Source: a virus
Lineage: Duplodnaviria; Caudoviricetes
Direction: 5' to 3' (one strand)
Length of the DNA stretch: 64,000 nucleotides
IMG/VR virus record: IMGVR_UViG_2974764813_000001
Location: 32,001 to 96,000 of that record
Of this stretch, positions 1 to 9,919 are shown one piece after another. The notes under the pieces are model-generated. The model did no database searches and was not told the origin of the DNA. It saw only the letters and a list, made by a program, of their open reading frames with translations. The position numbers and the translations under genes are program-made. The stretch's first letter is position 1. The number at the start of each line of letters is the position of its first letter.

Positions 1-11
1 CCGCCGACGGG

Positions 12-2024
12 GTGGAGCGCAAGGAGGTCCGCAACTACAAGGACCCGCTGGCGCACCACTGGGCCGACGAGCTGGACAACGAGCCCGACCACCTGACGCC
101 GGACCTGGTGTTCCCGCACGACGAGGACGAAGGCGACCGCAGCGAGTTCGTGGACGTCACCGAGGACGACCGCGAGACCACCGGCCCCGACCAGATCGTG
201 CACTTCGCCCGCCACTTCCTCGCCGACGACGAGAGCGCCTCGTCCGGCATCGGTTCCGGCGCGGGCCTCGGCGGCAGCCTGGGCCTGGGCTCGGGCGGTG
301 CCGGGGACAGCGGCGGCACGGGCTTGGGCCCCGGCGGGCAGGGGTGGATCCCCACCTGGCCGAGCAGCTCCTCCTCGTCCTCCTCGTCGTCGTCCAGCGG
401 TGGCGGCGGCCTGGGCTCGGGTGCAGCCGCAGGCGGTGCTCTCGGCACCGGCCTGGGTGCCGGTGTGGCCGCCGACCCGTCGGGCTCGGCCAACGACCTC
501 GGCAGCGGTGCCGCCGCGGGTGCGGCGCTGGGCGCCGGTATCGGCGCGTCTGACGCGCCGGGAGCCAACAACGCCTACACCGTGCAGTCCGGCGACACCC
601 TGTGGGACATCGCCGAGCGCACCACCGGCGACGGCAACAACTACCAGCAGATCGCCGACGCCAGCGGCATCGAGAACCCCGATCTGATCATGCCCGGCCA
701 GGAGCTGACGCTGCCCGGCGGCAACGCCGACCGCGCGCTGCAGATGGGCACGATGGACTCGACGGCGATGCCGACCTCCACCGGCACCGACGACCTGTCG
801 ATGGGCACCCTCGATCCGACGGCGGGCACGCCGGATGTGTCGATGGGCACCATGGCCGACCCCGCGGCCCAGAGCATCACCGATCCGGGTCTGACGCCGG
901 AGGGCATGACCAGCTTCTCCGACACCGACGACGAGCTGTCGGGCGGCATCCGGCCGATGGCCTCGCTGCGGTTCCTCTACGCCGACGTCGATGAGAACGG
1001 CGATGTCGCGGCCGACCCGAACGCCGAACCGGGCGCGGCCACCGAGCCCGCCCCGGAGCCCACAACGCCGAGTGCCCAAGAACTGCAGAGCGATCCGGCC
1101 GAGCCGGGCGTGGCGGGCAACGACTCGATGATGGGCGGCGGCCTCGGTGGTTTCGACACGTCGATGATCGGCGACGTCGTGGCCCCGATTGCCCAGGGCA
1201 TCGGCGACTTCGCCGCACCCATCGCCCAGGGCATCGGCACCGGCCTGGGCAGCGCGGTGTCCAACGGCCTGTCGGGCATCTTCTCCAGCGCGCAGGTCCG
1301 CACCGCCGACCTGCTGGAGAAGCTGCGCGATCTGACCGACGAGAAGCAGTCGGATCACTACCAGAACATGGATGCGCGCAACGACGAGATCCGCGACGTC
1401 GTAGAAGAACTGCGCGACTGCGGGATGGACGTGAGCCAGATCGTCGCGCACCTGGCGGCCCGTATTACTGCTGAGACCGAAGGGTTTGCAGGGTCGGGCC
1501 CGGCGCCCAAGCGGCAGTGGGAGACCTCGGAGTCCTACGTGGACGACAACGAGCGTTCGCGCTTCGTCGATGTGACCGAGCTGGAGGGCCCGATCACCAA
1601 GTACAGCGACGACGACGCCCCGCAGCAGCGGGCGGCCGGGATCAGGACCGTCGGCCGCGGACCCGATCCGCGGTTCCAGGCACCTCGGCCCAAGAGGCGC
1701 CAGCAGGCGCCGATGACGCACGAGGCCGGGTTCGGCGACGACGACAACCCGTTCGCCCCTCCCGCAAGTGATCTCGGTGGTGATCCGGTGCGCAGCTTCC
1801 ACGCGGCGCTGGATTCCGAGGGCGGCGGTGCCCTGGGTGGCGGCGGGGGAGGCGAGGACTACTCCGACGACGCCATCGCCAAGCGTGCGGCCACCATGCT
1901 GCGCACCGCTGGGCGCCAGTACACCCTGGCCCAGCAGCGTGCCCTGGAGGACGAGTCACACCCCCTCGGAGCTCGCAATATGCCGACCGAAGAGGACCTC
2001 GCCGGAACGCATTACGTCTCGTGA
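12..2024 (+). CDS. LysM-domain, Gly/Ser/acidic low-complexity virion-associated protein (probably 5'-truncated)
   Basis: LysM motif YTVQSGDTLWDIA...IENPDLIMPGQELTLP (~575-718); frame open to the window edge; precedes head genes. Confidence 0.75.
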   Translation: MERKEVRNYKDPLAHHWADELDNEPDHLTPDLVFPHDEDEGDRSEFVDVTEDDRETTGPDQIVHFARHFLADDESASSGIGSGAGLGGSLGLGSGGAGDSGGTGLGPGGQGWIPTWPSSSSSSSSSSSSGGGGLGSGAAAGGALGTGLGAGVAADPSGSANDLGSGAAAGAALGAGIGASDAPGANNAYTVQSGDTLWDIAERTTGDGNNYQQIADASGIENPDLIMPGQELTLPGGNADRALQMGTMDSTAMPTSTGTDDLSMGTLDPTAGTPDVSMGTMADPAAQSITDPGLTPEGMTSFSDTDDELSGGIRPMASLRFLYADVDENGDVAADPNAEPGAATEPAPEPTTPSAQELQSDPAEPGVAGNDSMMGGGLGGFDTSMIGDVVAPIAQGIGDFAAPIAQGIGTGLGSAVSNGLSGIFSSAQVRTADLLEKLRDLTDEKQSDHYQNMDARNDEIRDVVEELRDCGMDVSQIVAHLAARITAETEGFAGSGPAPKRQWETSESYVDDNERSRFVDVTELEGPITKYSDDDAPQQRAAGIRTVGRGPDPRFQAPRPKRRQQAPMTHEAGFGDDDNPFAPPASDLGGDPVRSFHAALDSEGGGALGGGGGGEDYSDDAIAKRAATMLRTAGRQYTLAQQRALEDESHPLGARNMPTEEDLAGTHYVS

Positions 2025-2079
2025 CCTGTAAGCGGGCGCACACCAGCACAGGAATAACCGAGAGATTGGAGTCTGCAAC

Positions 2080-4638
2080 GTGACCAACGCTTTGCGCCGT
2101 GTCGTAACGGGCTCGACCCGTCGTGTTGCAGACTCCGACATCAGCCAGCTGGTCGCGAAGTATCGCAAGACCGGCACCGTGGCCAAGAAGTGGTCGCCCG
2201 AGCCGGGTTTCGTCTACGCACAGGTGCGGGCGATCTCGGCTCGGGTGAACCAGAACTTCGACGCCTGGCCGTCGGGGGAGCTGCAGAAGGCCGCCCACAC
2301 CTTCGTGGGCAAGCCGATCTTCGTCAACCACAAGAACTTCGATGTGAAGAGGGCCCGCGGCAAGGTGGTGGCCGCGCGCTACATCGAGTCCGGTGACGAC
2401 AAGTACATCGAGACCATCATGGAGGTCGACGCCCAGCGTTACCCCAAGCTGGCCAAGGAGATCGTCGACGGCGGCCTCGACAGCGTCTCGATGGGCGTGG
2501 AGGCCGGGTTCACCGTCTGCTCGGCGTGCAACAACCGCGCCACCGACGAGCACGAGTTCTGCGACCACGTGCGCCACCACAAGGGCCAGAAGATCTGGGT
2601 CACCAACCACAAGACGGGCAAACGCGAGCAGAAGCTGGTCTACGAGGACTGCTTCAAGCTCGGATTCTTCGAGCTGTCTTGGGTTTTCGATCCGGCCGAC
2701 GAGACGGCCCTGACGTCTCGGGTGATGGTCGCCAACAACGGCCGAGTGGCCTATGGCGAGACCGAGGTCCCCGAAGACATCGACACGCTTCGCGATGACG
2801 AGAACGACAGCCTCGACGACTACGAGTTCGTCGAGCCGGTCGATCTCACCACCCCGGAGAACCCCTTCCAGCACTACCTGGAGTCCCCGCCGGAACTGTC
2901 CGGCCCGGATTTCGACATGACCAAACGCCTTGACCGCCAACAGGAGGAACAGGGCCTCGATGGCGACCGTCTCGTCGAAGACATCGGCGACGTCGAAGGT
3001 GATCCCGATTCAGTGGACGCCCCACCAAGGAGGAAGACCATGGGCCGTACCCGCACCGATGCACGTCGTCATGCCGCCGACGAGCACGACGCTCTGGAAG
3101 AGCTCGAAGAGATTGTGCACGAAGACCTCGACGGCGACGGCGAGTCCGGCGAGGACGAGGACCACCGCGAAGAGGTCCTCGACGACGACGCCGACGAGAC
3201 CCCCGAAGAGGACTCGGACGATGACTCCGACGACGAGGGCGACGACGCCCCGGAGTGGGTCGAGAAGCGCGAAGCACAGCGTCGCTCTGCAAAGACGCGC
3301 CGCCGCGCAGGAAAGAAGGGACAGACGAAAGGATCTGCGATGACTGCCACTGCTGCCCGCCGCCGCCAGGCCGACACTTCCGGCCACACCGACGGTGGTC
3401 CCTACGGGGAGAACAACCAGGGCGAGCAGGAAGAGGTCTTCATCTCGCAGACCCCCGCGGCCGAGGCTCTGGTGGCCCCGACCGGCGACGAGTCCAAGAT
3501 CAACAACACCGAGAGCAACCTGGTGGCCAGCATCAAGGCCAAGGGCGCCTCACTGCAGCGCGACCTCGACGCCTACCAGCGCCTGCAGGCCGCCAAGCGT
3601 GCGTCCTCGCGTCCCTACCGCCAGACCGCTGACTTCGTGGCCAGCCTGCCGGTGGGCGAACGTGTCGCTGCCGCACAGCGTTTCGCTGCAGTGTTCGCCG
3701 CCGAGAACCCGAAGTTTTCACCCCGCAAGTTCTTCGCCCACGCGGGCATCAACGCCGAGATGATCCGGTCGGCCCAGCGCCGCACGGCCGACGCGGTCGA
3801 GCAGGCCGACAAGGTCAACCCGGAGCTCAGCGGCACCGACGACCAGAGCCTGCGCGGTGACGACTTCGACGACGTCTCGCTCGACGACGTCGAGACCCAG
3901 CCCAAGGACGCCAGCAAGAAGGTCTTCGCGGCCTTCGAGACCTGGGTCCGCACGCAGACCGGCAAGACCGCCGCGCAGCACAACCCGAACTGGCTGCGCC
4001 GCCAGGCAGCTCGCTGGGCCACGAACCAGGGCCTGGATGTCGCCGTTCTGTACCCGACCCTGGGAAATGTCCTGCGCCAAGCCCGAAAGGGTGAAGCAAC
4101 GACAGGAGCTCCCATGAACCGCCGCGCAAACGACACGTCGCTGGATGTTGCAGCACCGGACGGGCGCGTGGACGTGGAGGCCCCTGTGGCCAACGAGACC
4201 GACGCTGACGCGCAAGCCTCTCAGTACGACCTGAAGGACTTCGCGCACAACGCCGGTGACGATCTCGCCGACCCGGAACTCAGTTCGGATTCTCAGATCT
4301 GGGCTCCCGGCGAGGGTGACAAGACAGCAGCCAAGGCTGACGGCGTGGCGGCGGTTCGATATGCCGAAGCTGTCATCAATGCCGGGCTCGCTCCCGCCAC
4401 CGACCGCTGGAAGCTCGCCAAGCAGGCCGAGACCATGCGGCGCCCCGTGGTCGTAGACCGCACCCGCCTGCTGGAGGCAGTGGCAACTGTCAACGCCTCC
4501 AAGACCAGCAAGACCGCCGCGGCAGTTTCGCGGGGTACTGCGCTCCCTCGGGGGCTGACCAATACGCCCCGCGTCGCCGCGACGAATCCCCGCCTGGCAG
4601 CGGCCGATCCGTCTGACGACTCCGCACTCTTCTTCTGA
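2080..4638 (+). CDS. Prohead maturation protease fused to scaffolding region
   Basis: N-terminal GKPIFVNH...RGKVVAA...VSMG...CSAC...CDH...FELSWVFDPAD; acidic/low-complexity C-terminus; just upstream of decoration and capsid genes. Confidence 0.7.
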   Translation: MTNALRRVVTGSTRRVADSDISQLVAKYRKTGTVAKKWSPEPGFVYAQVRAISARVNQNFDAWPSGELQKAAHTFVGKPIFVNHKNFDVKRARGKVVAARYIESGDDKYIETIMEVDAQRYPKLAKEIVDGGLDSVSMGVEAGFTVCSACNNRATDEHEFCDHVRHHKGQKIWVTNHKTGKREQKLVYEDCFKLGFFELSWVFDPADETALTSRVMVANNGRVAYGETEVPEDIDTLRDDENDSLDDYEFVEPVDLTTPENPFQHYLESPPELSGPDFDMTKRLDRQQEEQGLDGDRLVEDIGDVEGDPDSVDAPPRRKTMGRTRTDARRHAADEHDALEELEEIVHEDLDGDGESGEDEDHREEVLDDDADETPEEDSDDDSDDEGDDAPEWVEKREAQRRSAKTRRRAGKKGQTKGSAMTATAARRRQADTSGHTDGGPYGENNQGEQEEVFISQTPAAEALVAPTGDESKINNTESNLVASIKAKGASLQRDLDAYQRLQAAKRASSRPYRQTADFVASLPVGERVAAAQRFAAVFAAENPKFSPRKFFAHAGINAEMIRSAQRRTADAVEQADKVNPELSGTDDQSLRGDDFDDVSLDDVETQPKDASKKVFAAFETWVRTQTGKTAAQHNPNWLRRQAARWATNQGLDVAVLYPTLGNVLRQARKGEATTGAPMNRRANDTSLDVAAPDGRVDVEAPVANETDADAQASQYDLKDFAHNAGDDLADPELSSDSQIWAPGEGDKTAAKADGVAAVRYAEAVINAGLAPATDRWKLAKQAETMRRPVVVDRTRLLEAVATVNASKTSKTAAAVSRGTALPRGLTNTPRVAATNPRLAAADPSDDSALFF

Positions 4639-4655
4639 GACAAGGAGCTACACCT

Positions 4656-5192
4656 ATGTTTCGCGTGACTCCGGCCAATCCCGCCCAGAAGCGGACCATT
4701 CGGCCCGTGTACGCCCAGCACCAGGCGACTGCCTACGCTGGCTTCCTCGATCCCGCCTGGGATCGATCCTTCGACATCGTGCCCGGCACCGTGATGTCGC
4801 GTAAGTCCGGCGAGGTCTTCGAACCCTTCACCGGCAAGCCCGGTCAGAAGCCGTTCGGCCTCTCGGCGCTGTTCGCGGCCCCGCGCCTGGGCATCGACGA
4901 GGTGACCGGCACTGGTGCCAACAACTTCACCGTCTGGGTGGGCGGCGAGCAGGCGGTCTTCGAGATCCTCAATCCGGGCTTCGACCTGGACGCGGACTGG
5001 AACGCCGCCAACGTCACCGACGGCAGCTTCAAGCTGCTGACGGCCACCGACACCGGTCTGCTGACGCCGACCGGTGTCGATCACGGCAACGCCGTGGCCG
5101 AGCTGATCGACGTCATCTCGACCGACGCCATCCAGATCCGCCTCAACCGCTATGACCTGACCTCCGCGGTCGCTCTGGCGGGCGGCAGCTAA
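4656..5192 (+). CDS. Capsid decoration/stabilising protein
   Basis: 178 aa, AAGGAG RBS, between protease/scaffold and major capsid. Confidence 0.55.
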   Translation: MFRVTPANPAQKRTIRPVYAQHQATAYAGFLDPAWDRSFDIVPGTVMSRKSGEVFEPFTGKPGQKPFGLSALFAAPRLGIDEVTGTGANNFTVWVGGEQAVFEILNPGFDLDADWNAANVTDGSFKLLTATDTGLLTPTGVDHGNAVAELIDVISTDAIQIRLNRYDLTSAVALAGGS

Positions 5193-5225
5193 GGCCAACG
5201 GGAACAGGACAAGGAGCAAACAACC

Positions 5226-6227
5226 ATGAATCTTCCCGCTGCCGTCGGCTCCGGCTTCGGACGCTACGCCACCCACTCGGACGAGTATGTGGCACAGGCA
5301 CAGAACATGCTGCAGCGCATGGGCCGCAAGCTCACCGCTGCCGAGAAGCAGACCAAGCTGGCGAACATCCTCCGGGATCGCCAGAACGGCCTCCTGCGCC
5401 TCGGCCAGTCGATGATCGGCCCGATCCAGCTGCAGCTGCGTTACCAGGGCATCCTGCGTAACGTCCTGCTCGAAGACGCCTGCACGCCAGGCGTTCCCAT
5501 CGAGTACGACGTGATGGACGATCTCGGCCAGGCGTACTACCTGCACGGCAACGAGGGTGAAGTCAAGATCACCCCGTTCGAAGGCAAGCGTATGCGCGTC
5601 GAGATGTTCCGGCTCGCGACCTTCCCGCAGATCAAGAAGGAAGATCTGTACTGGCTGCGGTCGAACATCGTCGAGTACGCCCAGGATCAGTCGAAGCAAG
5701 CGATCATGCGCCAAGAGGACTCGCGCCTGATCACCCTGCTCGAGGTCGCGGCCCAGCACTACCGGACCATCGACTCGACGGCGATCCCCGGCGTCGGCCC
5801 ACTGCCCAACGAGATCACCGTGGCCTCGAGCTACATCCAGCCCGGTGACCTCTACACGGCGTCGAGCTACACCGATAGCCGCCTGCTCGACTCGACCCGC
5901 CTGCTGTGCGGGCCCATCGAGTACCGGGACTTCTACCGGTGGGAGATCAACAACGTCGGTTGGGCCATGAAGGACTCCGTCGTGGCTGGCGAGAAGATCG
6001 TCCAGTTCGGCGAGTACCAGATCGGCAAGTCGGTCATCATCCCCAAGGGCACGCTCTACCTGACCCCGGACCCCGATTACCTCGGCGTCTTCCCGGTCAT
6101 GTACTCCCTCGATGTCGATGAGGACAACCAGGTCGAGCGGTTCGTCAAGGGCTGGGTCATGGACGAGCTCATCGGCATGGCCATCATCAACCCCCGCGGC
6201 ATCGTGATCATCCGCAAGGCTGCCTAA
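5226..6227 (+). CDS. Major capsid protein
   Basis: 333 aa, AAGGAG RBS, C-terminus GWVMDELIGMAIINPRGIVII typical of HK97-fold capsids, followed by a terminator. Confidence 0.8.
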   Translation: MNLPAAVGSGFGRYATHSDEYVAQAQNMLQRMGRKLTAAEKQTKLANILRDRQNGLLRLGQSMIGPIQLQLRYQGILRNVLLEDACTPGVPIEYDVMDDLGQAYYLHGNEGEVKITPFEGKRMRVEMFRLATFPQIKKEDLYWLRSNIVEYAQDQSKQAIMRQEDSRLITLLEVAAQHYRTIDSTAIPGVGPLPNEITVASSYIQPGDLYTASSYTDSRLLDSTRLLCGPIEYRDFYRWEINNVGWAMKDSVVAGEKIVQFGEYQIGKSVIIPKGTLYLTPDPDYLGVFPVMYSLDVDEDNQVERFVKGWVMDELIGMAIINPRGIVIIRKAA

Positions 6228-6241
6228 CCAGCACACCTCGC

Positions 6242-6280
6242 AAAGGGCCCGTCTCCATACGGAGGCGGGCTCTTTGTGTT
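6242..6280 (+). terminator. Intrinsic terminator after capsid gene
   Basis: aagggcccgtctcc-atac-ggaggcgggctctt then tgtgtt. Confidence 0.8.
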
Positions 6281-6371
6281 GAAGTCGTATAGACTGCGTA
6301 TAGCGTCTATCTAGCGAGGAGGATCCGCAGAACAGCATCGTGCGCTGCCCCGAGCACCGGCAGGTGACCGG

Positions 6372-6551
6372 GTGAAGGTCACCGAGGAGATGCTGGTGGA
6401 TCCGGGCCCGCCGCCGGTGCAACAGCTCCAGCGCCGCGCCACCGAGGAGTTCCTCGACCGCCAGATCGACGAGTTGGCACAGTGCTGCGGCGACCGCGAG
6501 TTCGCCGTGTGGCTCTACCGCGGTCCCATCCCGCTGCGCCTTCCGGGCTGA
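6372..6551 (+). CDS. Small hypothetical protein (59 aa)
   Basis: GTG..TGA read manually (VKVTEEMLVDPGPP...PLRLPG); GC3-rich codons. Confidence 0.45.
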   Translation: MKVTEEMLVDPGPPPVQQLQRRATEEFLDRQIDELAQCCGDREFAVWLYRGPIPLRLPG

Positions 6552-6599
6552 CTCGGTTGCACCCGCGCCCCGCCACCTCAATAGGGGAGGAGGTCGGGC

Positions 6600-9500
6600 G
6601 TGAAACGTATTATCACCCACCGCGAGCAGGCCGAGGCGATGCAGTGGTGGCAGCAGGGCGCCATCATGCGCACCGCTGCCAGGGACTACTCGAAGATGAC
6701 CCTCTTGCAGGCCATCAACGAGGACGGCGTCCCCGACCTCTGGCTCGACGCCCATCCCGAATGGGTCGAGCTGATCAAGATGCCGGGAAACAAGGCGTTC
6801 TGGAAGCAGGAGCTCAGCCAAAACGGCGACTGGGACCTGGTCCAGGACTACCTGGAGATCAAGGCCGAAGACGGCGACCAGAACGCCTTCGACGTCCTCG
6901 ACGACCACCGCAAAAACAGCCTGATCGGCCAAGGCGCGGTGCCGATGAACTGGCACTCCGGTGACGACGACGACTACGAACTGGATCCCGGCGACGTCGA
7001 TTTCGACGACGACTTCGAGGAGCACCCGGAGCCCGACGAGTCCTCCGTGGGCTCGCTGCTGCCCGACATCTCCGGCATGAGCCTGCGGGAGTTGCTGGAC
7101 TCCGGTGTCAACAGCGCCTCTGTCCACGAGTGGCTCGACAAGCACCCCAACATCAATGCCGTGCTCAAGGACCCCAGCGATCCGGCGCACCAGATCATCC
7201 TCGACGAGGTCGGCAAGAAGCTCGCTCCGCACCTGGACCCCTCCGACTACCCGGAAGTGCACCAGGCCGTCGGCACCGACACGAAGGGTGTCCCCAGCCA
7301 CGAAGACATGCAGCAGCTCGCTGAGGGGCTCTACGGCGGCCCGCACGGCGACCACAGCGACATCATCAACGCCTGGAAGCAGTGGAGTCCCCAGGACTGG
7401 AAGGACAACCTCGAGGTCGCGGCCACCGGTCAGGCCGGACCGCACTGGAAGGCGCTGGCCGACAAGATGCTCGGCGACAACAAGACGCTGGGCCAGAAGC
7501 TCTCCGACGTGTTCGGCGGCCAGGGCATCAATGCCGAGGCGTTCGACTCCATGTCGCCCGAAGGGCAGAAGAACATGCTCGCCGAGTACCTGGGCAGCGC
7601 CACCGGCGAGAACGAGCACCCCGACGTCAAAAAGCTCTTCGACGAGCACTTCGGCGACCCCAAGGGCCACCCCCTCAAGCCCCAGAGCGACGAGGAGTGG
7701 AACGACTTCATGCAGACGATGTTCCCCGGCCTGGGCGAGGGTGCGCTGCAGAACAGCCTCAACAGCTGGAAGTCGCTGAGCGATAAGCAGTGGGAGGACA
7801 TCGCCGACGGCACCCACCCCGCGGGCTCCGGCGTGGGATTCAAGAACTGGAAGAAGCTCAAGGACTACCCGGACAAGCCCTCCACGGGGCTCAACGACGC
7901 CGTCGACGAACTGCTCAACGAACTGTCCGGCGACCCGTGGAACAGCGACGTCAAGCCCAGCACGCCCAGTAAGCCCACCAACCCGTGGGACAACCCGCCC
8001 AAGTCTGGCGACTCCCAGAGCGTGCTCGCCCCGATCAAGTCTCCGGGAGGCAAACCCCTCTACGGCGAGCCTGGCCCGTCCTTCGGTGTCAGCTACAACC
8101 CCGGTGACCGTCAGAGCCGCCCGATGAGTCTGGACTCGCCGATGTTCAACGAGGACAACCGGCCGATGATGCCCGACGGCCGCTGGTACTTCTCGCCCAG
8201 CGACCACAACCCGCTGTCGCAGAGCGATGCGCGCCCCGAGGTCCGCTGGGACCGCAACGACTTCGAGGAAGACGACGTGCTGCCGGGCATGCCGACCGAG
8301 AACCGGTCGGTGAAGCTCTACCGCGGCGAGCCGATCAACCTCGATCACCCCGGCGCCGCGCACATCAAGAAGATGCTCTACGGCGAGACGCCCGACCCCG
8401 ACACCCCGATGCTGCCGGGCACGGAGCAGCTGATGGGCGCCCCGGCCTACGGCAAGGGCTCACCGCGCGAAGGACTGCCCGACGCGGACTGGGCCACCAA
8501 GTACCTGCACCAGACGGTCCCCGGCCTCAACAAGGACGAGGAGTTCTGGACCGACGACCTGATCAAGGACCTGCCCGACGACAACCCGGTGGTCCAGGCG
8601 TGGCGCCGCGGCCACGACGCCGACAGCGACCCGTTCCGCAACCCCGAGCTGGGCAAGGCGCTGCTCGACCACTGGGAGAAGACCCGCGGCAAGGACTACC
8701 CCGGCCCCGATCTGCAGGGCCTGGGACGGCACTGGACGCTCGATCCCGGCCTGGCCAGCAACTTCGGCGGCGCCAACAGCCGCTACGTCCTGCCGACGCG
8801 GTTCGTCTCGGAGTGGGACGGCAGCGGTGAGGACCCGTACCGCTCCAACACCGGCGGCGACTACCCGCACGAGAAGGAGATCACCAAGATCCCCGGCTCG
8901 CCCATGAAGATCGTCGATGTCCAGGTCAAGCACCCCGACACCTACGAATGGGTCTCGGCCTGGCCCAAGGGGCACACCGAGACCCGCTACTCGTCGCGCG
9001 GCGGGATCACCGGCCACCGCGAACAGGCCGAGGCGCTCGCGCAGCTGGAGTACCTCTACCGCACCGGGGCGTTGTCCGACAGCGAGTACTACGCACGGGT
9101 GCGCCAGGTGATGGACCAGGTGGACAACGCCCGCCGGTCGGGCCAGACCACCAACAAGCTGCACGCCGGTCCGATGGCGGGCTACTCGCTGCCGCGCTAC
9201 ATCCAGCAGCAGCAGCTGCTCAACGACGCCTGGAAGGAGCTGGGGGAGAACGTGCCCCGCAACCGCCACGGGCTGATCGTCGGCGGGCTGCCCGGCTCGG
9301 GCAAATCCACCGTGCTCGACAACCACGCCGAGATCGAAGGCGTCGGCCCGGTCAAGGGCAACTTCCTGCGCATCGACCCGGACTACTTCAAGGAGCAGAT
9401 GGGCAAGCGGGGGATGACCCCGCAGATCGAGGGGCTCTCACCGCTGGAGACCGCGGCGCTGATCCACGACGAGTCCACCGACCTGGCCCACCGGCTGGCC

Positions 9501-9866
9501 CACCGCGCCTACCAGGAGGGCACCAACGTCGCCTGGGACGGCACGCTGCGGTATCCGGGCACCGACAAGATCGAGGACTTCAAGAAGCACGGGTACACCC
9601 CGCACGGCATCTTCGTCGACCTGCCGCTGGACGCCTCGGTGCAACGGGCCCAGGAGCGTTACCGTCGGGGGCATGAGGGGTATGTCGCCGGGACCAACCC
9701 GCTCGGCGGCCGCCTGGTGCCCGAGGACTACATCCGCAGCAGCGCCAGCCCGCAGCCGGGGTTCAACTCGATCAACCGCAAGAACTTCGAGGACATGCGC
9801 GCGCACTTCGCCACTCCGGCACAGGTCTGGGACAGCACGGACCTGCCCCCGCGGCGACTTGAGTAA
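6600..9866 (+). CDS. Multidomain protein: leader + acidic helical region + ADP-ribosyltransferase-like domain + second leader + zeta-toxin-like P-loop kinase
   Basis: GGAGGAGG RBS; KLYRG / RHWTLDPGLA / HEKEI ART-like motifs; GGLPGSGKST Walker A plus IDPDYFK, IHDES, WDGT, GGRLVP zeta-family motifs. Confidence 0.75.
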   Translation: MKRIITHREQAEAMQWWQQGAIMRTAARDYSKMTLLQAINEDGVPDLWLDAHPEWVELIKMPGNKAFWKQELSQNGDWDLVQDYLEIKAEDGDQNAFDVLDDHRKNSLIGQGAVPMNWHSGDDDDYELDPGDVDFDDDFEEHPEPDESSVGSLLPDISGMSLRELLDSGVNSASVHEWLDKHPNINAVLKDPSDPAHQIILDEVGKKLAPHLDPSDYPEVHQAVGTDTKGVPSHEDMQQLAEGLYGGPHGDHSDIINAWKQWSPQDWKDNLEVAATGQAGPHWKALADKMLGDNKTLGQKLSDVFGGQGINAEAFDSMSPEGQKNMLAEYLGSATGENEHPDVKKLFDEHFGDPKGHPLKPQSDEEWNDFMQTMFPGLGEGALQNSLNSWKSLSDKQWEDIADGTHPAGSGVGFKNWKKLKDYPDKPSTGLNDAVDELLNELSGDPWNSDVKPSTPSKPTNPWDNPPKSGDSQSVLAPIKSPGGKPLYGEPGPSFGVSYNPGDRQSRPMSLDSPMFNEDNRPMMPDGRWYFSPSDHNPLSQSDARPEVRWDRNDFEEDDVLPGMPTENRSVKLYRGEPINLDHPGAAHIKKMLYGETPDPDTPMLPGTEQLMGAPAYGKGSPREGLPDADWATKYLHQTVPGLNKDEEFWTDDLIKDLPDDNPVVQAWRRGHDADSDPFRNPELGKALLDHWEKTRGKDYPGPDLQGLGRHWTLDPGLASNFGGANSRYVLPTRFVSEWDGSGEDPYRSNTGGDYPHEKEITKIPGSPMKIVDVQVKHPDTYEWVSAWPKGHTETRYSSRGGITGHREQAEALAQLEYLYRTGALSDSEYYARVRQVMDQVDNARRSGQTTNKLHAGPMAGYSLPRYIQQQQLLNDAWKELGENVPRNRHGLIVGGLPGSGKSTVLDNHAEIEGVGPVKGNFLRIDPDYFKEQMGKRGMTPQIEGLSPLETAALIHDESTDLAHRLAHRAYQEGTNVAWDGTLRYPGTDKIEDFKKHGYTPHGIFVDLPLDASVQRAQERYRRGHEGYVAGTNPLGGRLVPEDYIRSSASPQPGFNSINRKNFEDMRAHFATPAQVWDSTDLPPRRLE

Positions 9867-9870
9867 GAAA

Positions 9871-9879
9871 TGGTATAGT
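9871..9879 (+). promoter_or_regulatory. Extended -10 SigA-type promoter (TGG-TATAGT)
   Basis: AT-rich island between zeta gene and the following small ORF. Confidence 0.55.
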
Positions 9880-9919
9880 TTATGTATAGAACTATTGACA
9901 CGGCAGGGAAGGGGTGATC

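Noticed and set aside
4293-8363. Very long minus-strand ORFs (also 19535-22333, 22674-25061, 54397-57549) and off-frame plus ORFs
   Set aside because: Shadow ORFs from high-GC codon bias opposite well-supported genes; no motifs or RBS
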